A stretch of DNA of 62,373 bases, the filler included. It is 15 parts of 15 records of this genome, joined end to end, with 100 filler letters (N's around TTAATTAATTAA, not from the genome) between each part and the next. Parts side by side here need not be neighbours in the genome. Positions count along the whole stretch, not along the records: positions 35,505 to 41,801 come from SRR7504441_66184; positions 41,902 to 45,462 come from SRR7504441_66196; positions 45,563 to 50,172 come from SRR7504441_66198; 12 more parts are not named here. The stretch is one strand, 5' to 3'. The translations under genes and the position numbers were made by a program. Positions 37,099 through 46,761 of this stretch are shown here, piece by piece. The notes beneath the pieces are model-generated. The model ran no database searches. It had not been told where the DNA came from and worked only from the letters and a program-made list of their open reading frames with translations. How positions within the stretch are numbered: position 1 is the first letter of the stretch; each line of letters begins with the position of its first letter.

Positions 37099-38430
37099 CT
37101 ACCATCGAACCCCAACACCTTCAGCCGCCGGGCCTCCCATAGACATGAGCTCCTCGTCACTCGGTGGCGGGTAATACATGACCTTCACCCCAGCCGGTTC
37201 GAGGATCTGCTCCAGCCGCTCCACCACGCCCTGCACGTCCACAGCTAGCGTCTCAGGTTTCCCACGTCCAGCCCAATGCGATGAGCTGAGCGCTTGACTG
37301 AACGAGCCCAAAGCCTCGTCCACCGTATATTCGAGCAACGCCGACTGATAGAACATGCCATCCTTCGCCGGTATCGGCCCCGAGCCGCCCGCCATCACAG
37401 CATACATGTGCTCCGGATTTTCCTGCTCTGAGTATCCAAACCGCCTCAGCACAAAGAACTCATCCCCACCCTGGTTGATCGTTGGCTGGCCGGCTATCTG
37501 CTGCTGTAAGGCCAGTTGCTCGGGCGTGAGTGGGTCGTCCAGCGCTGAACCTGGGGTCTGAGGCGCTTCGCTTAGATTGGACGGCTTGAGTAGCACCGAC
37601 ACCCCGCTCGGCAATTGTACGGCGTACCGGCCCTTGGATTCGTCAAACGCGCTCGCCACCCCAACCGAGCCATTCAGTTCCGGCTTCGCCTGAAGTCCGT
37701 CGATCAGGACACGCCGACCAAGCAGCGGGGCGTTGGGCGCCTTGGGCAGCTGGTCCAGCACAGCGTTTGAATCAATCGCCTGCTGCAGCGCCGTGTGAAG
37801 CCTGGCCTCAAACTCGGGCTCGTCGGTCGGCAACGGAAACCCCGACATCAGCCCATCGTATACGATCCGCCCCAGAAACGGGAGCAGGGTGAGCCGAAGC
37901 CCCGCAGGGAGGCTCCGGCCGCCGTCCCGGAGCAAATCTCCGAGCGAGGATGCGATCCCCGTCACTTTATACGCCACTGCCAGCTGATCGTCCATCAGCA
38001 GCGCCGCTCCGTCCTCGGCCGCACCAACCAGGTAGAAGGTGCCAGTCAGCCGCTCGCGAGGCCAGGCGCCCAGCTCGCGCTCGACCACCAGTCGCAGCTG
38101 GCTGCCCGGTCGGTTTTTCCCGCCCGATCCGTGCAGCTGCCGGTCGTTGACTAGCTTATGCGGGGCCGGGCCGGCCGGCATCGAGTCCAGCAGCCGCTGC
38201 AGCACGCCCGGCCCGCGGCCGGGCCCCGCATACCAGTACGAGTAGGCCAGCCCCTGAAGGGTGACCGCTTTATGCAAGTCATCCCGGCGGAGGGCCGAGA
38301 TCTGGTCCAGGTCGTCCAGCCCGCGGTAACGGCCCGAGATCTGGTTGGCGTAGTACCGCGAGAGGTCGAGCAGCCCCATCAGGTTCCGCCCATCCTCCTC
38401 CGGGAGGCACCCCCTCGGCTGCTCGCTCAT
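37099..38430 (-). CDS. Unknown multidomain protein with an SH3-like GL..KPELNG..RY.V module; intronless
   Basis: Long ORF starting MSEQPRG. Contains GRRVLIDGLQAKPELNGSVG...KGRYAVQL...LLKPSNL and an upstream LTLLPFLGRIVYDGL block. Confidence 0.65.
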   Translation of the reverse strand: MSEQPRGCLPEEDGRNLMGLLDLSRYYANQISGRYRGLDDLDQISALRRDDLHKAVTLQGLAYSYWYAGPGRGPGVLQRLLDSMPAGPAPHKLVNDRQLHGSGGKNRPGSQLRLVVERELGAWPRERLTGTFYLVGAAEDGAALLMDDQLAVAYKVTGIASSLGDLLRDGGRSLPAGLRLTLLPFLGRIVYDGLMSGFPLPTDEPEFEARLHTALQQAIDSNAVLDQLPKAPNAPLLGRRVLIDGLQAKPELNGSVGVASAFDESKGRYAVQLPSGVSVLLKPSNLSEAPQTPGSALDDPLTPEQLALQQQIAGQPTINQGGDEFFVLRRFGYSEQENPEHMYAVMAGGSGPIPAKDGMFYQSALLEYTVDEALGSFSQALSSSHWAGRGKPETLAVDVQGVVERLEQILEPAGVKVMYYPPPSDEELMSMGGPAAEGVGVRW

Positions 38431-38597
38431 TCCAGCGTGCCGGGTGGCACCGTGGCAGTTATTCTGGCAGTTGTGCAATCTCCCCTCTCATCAGTCTGCA
38501 CTGCACTGCCTCAGGTGTTGGTGGCTTGGGGGAGGGACACACGTCCGCATCGAGGAAGTGCACCAGACCAAGTTGGGCCAGAGCCAGCGGGCCACTC

Positions 38598-41531
38598 ATG
38601 CTCAGCCCATCGCGCCGCAGTAGCGATTCGCTCAGCCTGGCGGCGAGCCCCGTCCGGTTTCCCACGAGCCGGAGCCGGAGCCCGGAGCCGGAGGATCCAG
38701 AGCGTGACCCGGCGGCCGAACCAGACCCGACGTTTGGGTGCATCTGGCAGCCGGACCAGGACGCCAGCCGCTGCCCGGTGGCCGGCCCTGGCTGCACCGG
38801 CCCGTTCACCACGACCAATCGGCGGCACCACTGCAGATTCTGCGGGCGAGTGGTGTGCGACCAGTGCAGCGGCCGGCAGATGGAGCATCCGCTCACCAAG
38901 AGGGACGAGAGGATCTGCGAGCAGTGCTACAAAGACCGATCCACAGGACCTGCCTCACCCCAGGGCCGGTACGGGCGGCTGGAGGCTCAGTACGGGCTGC
39001 GCCGGTGGCAGCCAGACTCGGAGGCGGTGGTCTGCTCGGTGCCTGGCTGCCAGCACAGATTTGGGTTCGCATTTCTGCGGCACCACTGCAGATTTTGCGG
39101 GCTGGTTGTGTGTGATCAGTGCAGTGCACGTCAGGCCGAGCATCGCCTGACTAGACGGCTGGAGCGGATCTGCAACCCGTGCCACGCTGCGAGAGCTCCG
39201 GGGGCTGCAGCGGAGGCAGCCGAAGCTACGCGGCCGCCGAACTCGAACCAAATCACAGCGGAGATCAGCGAACAGGTGGATACCTCCGGCAGCGCGGCGA
39301 TATACAGAGTCGAGTGCTCGCTCGGACAGTTACGCTGGCAGGTTGATAGGCGGTACCGCGAATTCAGGGAGCAGCACAGTCTGCTCAAGCGGCTTTATTC
39401 GGAGATTGTGGACCTCCCGTCCCGGCGGGTGTTCAGCGCGAGCACTGACCCGATGGTGGTGGCAGAGCGGCGGACCGGGCTCCAGCCGCTGGTGTGCCAG
39501 CTGTGCCGGTGGGAGCCGGCTTTCGCATTCCTGCAAGTGCCGGACGAAGCGAAGCGGCTGCTCAGCCGGAGTTTGGAGCAGGTACGCGAAGATGAGGCGC
39601 GGGAAGTCGGTGAGCGAGTAGACTGGACCGACCTGGTGCCCGGGCCCGGGATAGAGATAGAGGACCCGGCCGTGCGCGCGATCAGCCTGCGCCAGCTGCA
39701 GCTGATCATAGAGCACGTGGAGCGGAGGCTGGAGGAAGAACACTGGTGGGTGGACAGGAGGAGCAGCACTGGCGAGTGGAGTCAGTTGAGGATCGGGAAA
39801 GAGCCGGCTTGGTTTGGCGAATCTTTGCATACCCGCATGCCAAACCTGTACGACATCAACAAATTCGTGATTCTGCCACTGACAGTCGGAGCAAGCATCG
39901 CTGGGCGGATGGAACCGCTCGCTATACGAGCCAAGCTGTCGATGGTCGAGGCCATCGCTCAAGCCGAGCAGCCTTGCGACTACTTTTGCAGCCACGCTTG
40001 GGTCGAGCCGACTAAGAACTTTTTGCGGTGCCTGGAGCAGCACGCGGTCGACCGTGGGCTTGAGCAGCCTAGCGGGTGCTTCGATGGGAAGATCCTCGAC
40101 CCACATCCAAACTGGCTCGGCGGGCGCTCGCCACATTACTGGATCTGCGCCTTCTCTAACAGACAGCTCGACCTCGCGGCAGATATTGGCGGAACGCTTG
40201 AAGCCTCGTCGTTTCATAAGGCAATGGTAAGCGAGAGCTGCCGGGGGACAGTCAGCGTGCTGGATTCGGAAGGGACGTGCTTTGAAAGGATCTGGTGCAT
40301 CTACGAGACTTATATCAGCTTTACGCTGCAGAACATCCGGCCGCGCACCTACGATATCTACACTCATATGAAACACACCTGGAAGGGCTACGAGCACGGA
40401 AGAGTCAGCACGCCGAATCGCGGGCTCGAGCAGGCCCATGGGGGGATACCAGATCCTGAGCACGAGGCGCGGCGCTCTTCCGTTGGGATCATCACCAAAG
40501 GGCTAGCTGCTGTGGATTACGACGCCTCAGACAAGACCAGACGGGAGCTGCACTTTCCTATCAAGCTGCTGGTTCGCGGTATTCGTACAAAATGTATTGC
40601 AGCCAGAGCGACCGACCAGAGCGACCGCACCAGGATTCTCGAGAGGCTCGGATCTGAGAAGGAGCTGCTGGACTTTCAAGTGCATGGGATGTGTGCAGCT
40701 GCCGGGCTTCGGTATGCGATCGAGGAGTATGCTCAGCGCAAGCCCGATTCATGGGAGTCCTTTCTAAGTGCGTTGCAAAATGGCCACGTGAGGCGGCTGC
40801 AGCTGGACCTGACAGGCGTGAGCTGCGAGGCGGCCAGCGAGTCGACGCTCCGAGCTCTACTTCAAGCACTAGATTGCGATCGGCTTTCAGAGCTGGCCAT
40901 CACCAACGCGATTACTGAGGGCACGTGGGCCGATGAGTTGGGTGAGCGCCAGTTCAAGGCGCTGGACAAGTTAGATCTGCGGGGCTGCACCGGGCTGGCC
41001 AGGTTGCCAGACCAGCTCTGGTCACACCTGCCTGCTCTCGAGGTGCTAAATCTGTCACACTGCTTGGCGCTCCAGAAGCTGCCTGAACTGCCCACTGAAG
41101 CGGACGCACTGTGCAACCTCAGGCAACTCGATCTAGCTTCTAGCGGCTTGGATATCTTGCCAGAGAGGATCTGGGCCAGCATGAGCAGTCTGGAGGAGGT
41201 GAGTCTTTACAACTGCTCGAAGCTTATGTGCTTACCTGACGGGATAGAGCAGCTACAGCACCTCAAAACCCTCAACCTGGTGAGCTGCCCAGGCAGGCAC
41301 ACACTCTCGCGGAGCGCAGTCGAGGCGCTCAGCGGCAATTCATGGTTTGGATTTGGTCTGAGGCAGGCGCTAGCAAGCCCCCCTGAAGACGAAATGCTCG
41401 GCGCTTTGCACGAAGACGAACAGCCGTACAGTGATGCTTGCATATCAAACAATATCATCCATGACTACCAGCGCTATGTTGGCCACTTTCAACAACCTAA
41501 AAAACCATTGTGTAGAGCAGGCAGTGACTAA
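38598..41531 (+). CDS. FYVE-FYVE-PX-TIR/HET-like-LRR protein, 977 aa; intronless
   Basis: Two FYVE domains (WQPD...RHHCRFCG.VVC..C...RIC..C). PX: IYRVE...VDRRYREF...LPSRR...ERRTGL. Central DYFCSHAW...YWICAFSNRQ...FERIWCIYE block. About 5 LxxLxLxxCxxLxxLP repeats. Confidence 0.85.
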   Translation: MLSPSRRSSDSLSLAASPVRFPTSRSRSPEPEDPERDPAAEPDPTFGCIWQPDQDASRCPVAGPGCTGPFTTTNRRHHCRFCGRVVCDQCSGRQMEHPLTKRDERICEQCYKDRSTGPASPQGRYGRLEAQYGLRRWQPDSEAVVCSVPGCQHRFGFAFLRHHCRFCGLVVCDQCSARQAEHRLTRRLERICNPCHAARAPGAAAEAAEATRPPNSNQITAEISEQVDTSGSAAIYRVECSLGQLRWQVDRRYREFREQHSLLKRLYSEIVDLPSRRVFSASTDPMVVAERRTGLQPLVCQLCRWEPAFAFLQVPDEAKRLLSRSLEQVREDEAREVGERVDWTDLVPGPGIEIEDPAVRAISLRQLQLIIEHVERRLEEEHWWVDRRSSTGEWSQLRIGKEPAWFGESLHTRMPNLYDINKFVILPLTVGASIAGRMEPLAIRAKLSMVEAIAQAEQPCDYFCSHAWVEPTKNFLRCLEQHAVDRGLEQPSGCFDGKILDPHPNWLGGRSPHYWICAFSNRQLDLAADIGGTLEASSFHKAMVSESCRGTVSVLDSEGTCFERIWCIYETYISFTLQNIRPRTYDIYTHMKHTWKGYEHGRVSTPNRGLEQAHGGIPDPEHEARRSSVGIITKGLAAVDYDASDKTRRELHFPIKLLVRGIRTKCIAARATDQSDRTRILERLGSEKELLDFQVHGMCAAAGLRYAIEEYAQRKPDSWESFLSALQNGHVRRLQLDLTGVSCEAASESTLRALLQALDCDRLSELAITNAITEGTWADELGERQFKALDKLDLRGCTGLARLPDQLWSHLPALEVLNLSHCLALQKLPELPTEADALCNLRQLDLASSGLDILPERIWASMSSLEEVSLYNCSKLMCLPDGIEQLQHLKTLNLVSCPGRHTLSRSAVEALSGNSWFGFGLRQALASPPEDEMLGALHEDEQPYSDACISNNIIHDYQRYVGHFQQPKKPLCRAGSD

Positions 41532-41901
41532 CCCTTCCAAATATGGATTTCAAGTAATAATAAAGGGAATGAAGGCCCAAAACGACCCTAGCACAGATGC
41601 TTAGATAACAGACAGTTCAACAGTTGTTCTTTATCAAACAATCATGTGCGCTCGTGTGAGTGCGGGAGTTTTACAAGTCTGACTCTCCCCGTAGTACCTA
41701 GTACCGTACGTACCTATTCGTACGTATCTAGAGCCGCTACCGGTACAGGTTAATTAACGGACGTTGAGGAGTAATAACGTACGAGCAAAGTCTTCGTGAA
41801 TNNNNNNNNNNNNNNNNNNNNNNNNNNNNNNNNNNNNNNNNNNNNTTAATTAATTAANNNNNNNNNNNNNNNNNNNNNNNNNNNNNNNNNNNNNNNNNNN
41901 N

Positions 41902-42156
41902 GAAAGCTCGGTGAGGAACGCAGAGAGCTCGGGGAAGACGTTGCAGAGAAAGACAGGGAAGCAGCTCGGTGAGAAAGAGAAGGAAGAAGAAGAGCAAGAA
42001 CAGAATCACTCCATGCTCGAGAAAGAAAGGGGGGCGGAGAGAGCCTCTACCGCAGAAGAAGAAGAAGAACCATCCGCGAGGAGGAAGGGCGATGCAGAAA
42101 GGAGAAGGGCAGAGACGGCGAGGAGCAGCCTGAAACACGTTGAGGATGAGGAGTAG
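41902..42156 (+). CDS. Highly charged C-terminal gene fragment
   Basis: E/K/R-rich open frame from the contig edge to TAG. Confidence 0.4.
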   Translation, partial: ESSVRNAESSGKTLQRKTGKQLGEKEKEEEEQEQNHSMLEKERGAERASTAEEEEEPSARRKGDAERRRAETARSSLKHVEDEE

Positions 42157-42177
42157 GACATCTGGCGGAGAGGTCGA

Positions 42178-42693
42178 TCAGCAGGCCTTCACTTCGGGCG
42201 CCTTCACCTCGGTCGAGGCAGCAGGGATGGTAGAGTCCACCCTCTGCAGCTTCGCGTCCGGCTCGGTGACCTCGGTCGTGCTGCCCTTCCGCTTCTCGCC
42301 CTCCTTCTTCTCGTCGACCTCCATCTTCTCCGCGTCCTCCTCCTTCTTCTCGGTCTCGTTCTTGGTCTCGACCTCAGTCTTCTCGCCCTCCGCGGGAGCC
42401 TCGACCGCAGGTGCCTCGGCCTCGGCGGCGTCGTTCTCGCCTGCGGCGCCCTCAACCTTCTCCGCGGTCTCCTCCTTGTTCTCGACCGCGGTCTTCTCGC
42501 CCTCCGCGGGTGCCTCGGCCGCCGCGGCCTCGTCCTCGGGCTCGTTCTTCTCAAGGTGGTTCGAGTCGTCGTCGGCGGCGGGCTCAGCCTGGGGCTGGTC
42601 GGCGGGCTTGTTCTCCTCGGCGTCCGCGTTCGGGGCGGCGGGCTCGGCGGCCGGGGCCGGGTTCTCGTTGATCTCGTTGTTGGTGGGAGCCAT
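42178..42693 (-). CDS. Acidic low-complexity (E/A/K) protein, prothymosin-like composition, 171 aa
   Basis: MAPTNNEINENPAP..., internal repeat AEAPAEGEKT, basic KRKG...AKLQR cluster near the C-terminus, and nearly all codons G/C-ending. Confidence 0.65.
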   Translation of the reverse strand: MAPTNNEINENPAPAAEPAAPNADAEENKPADQPQAEPAADDDSNHLEKNEPEDEAAAAEAPAEGEKTAVENKEETAEKVEGAAGENDAAEAEAPAVEAPAEGEKTEVETKNETEKKEEDAEKMEVDEKKEGEKRKGSTTEVTEPDAKLQRVDSTIPAASTEVKAPEVKAC

Positions 42694-42865
42694 GTTCAGC
42701 GCGTGTGGGTGGTTTGGGCTCGGCGGGCTGAAGCATCTTATACCCCTCCCGGAGCAACTCAGCTGCCGAGATCGGGCCAACTTTTACTATGCGTCCGGAA
42801 CAGCCGGAATTCTGCCGTTGCTCGTCTGCAGGCCAGCCTCCTCTCGCCAGCGGCTTGCAAGCAGC

Positions 42866-44560
42866 ATGGCGGACGGCGCGATCGACCAGTCCAGGCTCGA
42901 GGCGATCGAGAAGCTCGGGAAGGCGCCTCGCCCACGCCGACGTACCGCCAGCCCCCCGGCGCAGGTGATGCGGAAGCATCGGCAGAAGCCGCGCCCGCAG
43001 CTCAACTCGCGGGTGGTCCAGGAGCTGATCAGCGCCGCCCAGAAGCAGGCAGCAAGTGCCGGCCGCGCGAGGCCGAGTGTGTTGAGCAGGACTCGGATAA
43101 GATCCGCGGGCTGGCGCTCAAGGCGCTGGGCGAGGAGGAGCAGAACGTCGACCTCGCCGCCTACATCCAGGAGGTCGACCATGCCAACGCCGACAAGCTC
43201 GTCAAGGTCTCGCCTGCCCTCCAGGCGGCGCGCCCAGGCCGTGGGGACAGAAGCGGCTGTCGGAGCTCTCGCGGGGCGAGTGGCCCGAGAACGTGGCGGC
43301 GCTGGAGGATCTGGGTGAGCCGAGGGGCGGCGGGCGGGCGGGCGAGCGGGCCGCAGATTACTGGCGGCAGTTCTCGGATAAGCTGACCATAGGCCAGCCG
43401 TGCCCGGACCACCAAGTGAGCATGCCGCCGGCCCACATGCAGGAGTGCCGCGACTCGCTTGCTCAGCACGGTCGAGCTGGAGGTGGCTGAGTGCACTCAT
43501 GGGGCGCAGGCTGGTTCAAGGCGGAGCCCACTGGCTGGGACGTGGTGCACGCAGACGTGCTGGCCACCATCAAGGCGCTGGTACGGCCCTCAGCCAGCCC
43601 GACGGCCTGACGAGCCGCCAGGTGGCCAATGGATGGCCGGCTGTGTTCGTGTACATGTTCGATCAGCCGTGGCAGCTGCTCGAGAGAGCCTGGAGCGTAT
43701 ACGGCGGAGTGATGGGTAGCTGGCCGGGCGGCCCGGGCTCAGCTGGGGCCAGACAAGGAGGTGATCCTGGAGCCGACTGTGTACACGTGGTACCTGCGGC
43801 CGGAGCTCGGGTCCAACAATCGCAAGTCGACAAGCCAGAACTTTGGGATGCCACACCGGGACTACCGGTACACTGAGAGCTGCTGGGAGGACGGCAGCCC
43901 CAAGCTGCTCACCGTCTGGATGCCCCTCACCAATGCGCACACTGTGAATGGTGGCCAGCTGGTTGGATTTAGGTCTGACTGGCGGGCAGGTTGCCTGTAC
44001 GTGCTTCCAAAGGAATACGACAAGTTCTACGCCGAAGACTCGGCGTATGAGCACATGCGCGGGGCCACCAAGGCCGAAGAAGGCAGCCCGCAGTGCCTGT
44101 GCCGGCCTGAGCTGGCCACAGAGCCGTTTAAGATGGAGCTGCGGTTCCCGATCCGAGGCGCGAAGCCACTCAGTTGCAAGCCTGGTGGGCCGGGCCGGGC
44201 GCGGCTGGCTGGAGTGGGGCGCAGGCGATTGCCTGGGCTGGATGGGTAATCTGATCCACTGGGGCTCCCGCTGCTCGCCGCACGCTGATCACGAGCGCTC
44301 AAACCTCGGGTGTACATTCAGAGCCAGGTGGGCACTTCAATCCGAAACTCCAGGGGTGACTCGGGGGCAGCACCGCTGAGGACTTTAATTGCGGGCTCGG
44401 GCCGATCTCACGCGAGCGGCTGAGGCGAGGGCTGACGGTCAGGGAGCGGCTGCAGCACATCAGTCGGTCACTATTGCTGTACTCGTGCCACTTTGACTTG
44501 CCCAAGAGCATTGTACCTCAACAATTTTGGGATGCCTATGGGCTTGCCCCAGAGCACTGA
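42866..44560 (+). CDS. PhyH-like Fe(II)/2-oxoglutarate dioxygenase, 11 introns (3 GC-AG)
   Basis: The spliced frame carries PHRD (HxD), TVWMPL...NGCLYVLP and KPGDCLGWMGNLIHWGS (distal His). Confidence 0.85.
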
Positions 44561-44847
44561 TTCAACTGACCCGAGAGTAGATTTGAAAGTGCTCGATGGG
44601 TTGGTTGATGCATTCAACGGCTCACAAATAGCTTCGAGAATAATGAGTACGGTATCTATCTAGATGAGCAGATGAACTGTACAGAAACTTACTCCAATAC
44701 CATACTCATTGGCTCTAAACTACAGTTCATATACAGTTCATACATCGTTCTGTAAACTTACTCTTTAGAAACTTACCTAAACTACTCTATAGCATTCTCC
44801 TTTTGACAACGGACATCACTCACCGGTAATCTCGTCCAGTTACTCCA

Positions 44848-45462
44848 ATGTCGACCTCCGCCACTTCGCCGATCGTGATTCTGACGGTGCCCAAAGAGCA
44901 TGTGAGTGTGGCCGAGGAGTGGGTGCACACTAAGCATGCCGACTTCATGCCCGACACCCACTACAAGGAAGGCCCGATGAAGCTCAACCTCTACACCACC
45001 AGCCAGGCCGCTCAGCTGACTGACCCGATGGATATGGCCTCCGATCCGGCCGCGAGTGGAGCGCAGATCATTGCCTGGTCTGAATTCTACACCGGGATAG
45101 ACGGCCTGCTCGACCACTGGAAGAAGGGGGGCGAGAGCGGTCTGCTGCCCGAGCTGATGAAACTGATCGAGGACGGAGTCCAATGCGACTGTATCCAGCC
45201 GCTAGAGATCCGGACCGAGCTGAACTTCATGCCGCCGGAGGTCGCGGGTGCGTGCCAGGTGATCGTCAAGGCTGTGTGCCCCAAGGAGCTAGTGGATGAA
45301 GCGCTCGCCATGATGGATGCTCACGCGGCCTGGATGAAGGATACCCACCTGAAGGAGCCATATACGGGGGACAGCCAGCTGCTCTTCTACGCAGTCGCCA
45401 CAGCCCCAGTGCTCACGGACCCGATGAATCTCAACAGGTCGCCCACCCGCTCCCGCTCGACC
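44848..45462 (+). CDS. Protein with a tandem-duplicated small alpha/beta domain (3'-truncated)
   Basis: HADFMPDTHYKE...QLTDPMD is repeated as HAAWMKDTHLKE...VLTDPMN. Confidence 0.7.
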
Positions 45463-45562
45463 NNNNNNNNNNNNNNNNNNNNNNNNNNNNNNNNNNNNNN
45501 NNNNNNTTAATTAATTAANNNNNNNNNNNNNNNNNNNNNNNNNNNNNNNNNNNNNNNNNNNN

Positions 45563-46600
45563 GCACTTTGTTAGGATAATCGAGGGCCAATTGCGGGAGC
45601 ACATCCAAGAACCAGCGCAGCGGTGGGCTGTTCAGATCGTCGCCCCCCAACGGATCGACTTGCTCTTGGGAGAGGCTCGGGTGCACGGCTGCCCACCGCT
45701 TGGCCCCTTGAACACACAGATTCCAAGCCGAAGTCGCAGGCGGGTCTCTATGGATGGCTGAGCCGGACCCGCGAGGCCCGACCAACAGCCAGCGGTACGG
45801 TGGGTTGTCTGCACTCACACTAGGTTCGGCCCCCGGCAGGAACCCGGGATAAAGCCCTAGCACGTCGTCAAAATATGCGGAAGGAACCTCGTACTCAGCC
45901 AGCATCGACCGGCCGCCTCGCTCGATCACAGCTTCAAATACGTAGAGCGGCGAGTCGTCTGACTGAGCCGCCATGTACGCCAGGTAATCGCCCAAACTCA
46001 CCATCACGTCCTTGCCCTCCATGTCTTCCCCCACCGGCACCTCCGTCCGCCGGCGCTGCTCGCACTCGCACAATGCCTCCGTCCGCCAGCTGGCCGCCGC
46101 CGCCCAGCCGTCCATCAGCCCCGTGATCAGCACGCACCGCCCGGTCTCGACAAACTCGCGCTCAAACTGGGCCGGGGACAGCTCGCTGTAGTGGTAGCTC
46201 GGGACCCCCGGCGCGGTCGAGGCGGCGGTGGCCGCCTCTCTGAACACTCTGCCGGGTGCTCCGTAGCCGTTGGCGGCCCAGTCGGACCCCGGGGCGTACA
46301 TTCGGTCTTTTGCGGCCTGGATGCGGCGCGAGGCGGCAGGGAGCATGTCCATCCGCGGGTGCGGGCTCTGGCCCTCCCGCCCAGCCTGGAACAGCCCGCG
46401 GGCCCGGAGCACCGCCGCGAGCTTCTGGATGTGCTCAAGCTCTTCGTCTTCCACAGGTCCAGCAGCGGGGCGCATTGATCCTGGGCTGGCGGCTGGGATT
46501 GTTGAGGCGAGAGCAGACCAGGCCCGGCAGACGGCGCCCACCAGCCGGCAGTGCGGCGGCAGGTGCTCGAACACCCGCCTGAGCAGCGACGCGGCTTCTA
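45563..46600 (-). CDS. JmjC (JMJD6-like) oxygenase with possible N-terminal F-box (3'-truncated, start unclear)
   Basis: Motifs DDSPLYVFE, YEVPSAYF and PPYRWLLVGPRGSGSAIHRDPPATSAWN..VQGAKRW. N-terminal LLRRVFEHLP...GAVCRAWSALA is F-box-like. Confidence 0.8.
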
Positions 46601-46761
46601 ACGGAAAATCACACTTGTACGACTGTAGAACGTCAGCTAAAGGTGTAGAATCAAGGAATCACCTAGGCGAGGGACTAGCGCGAGGGGCCGTACACAAACT
46701 AGATCTATAAATACTCGCCGTACACAAACGTACGTGATTGCTTACAGTAGCCATCGTCTCG

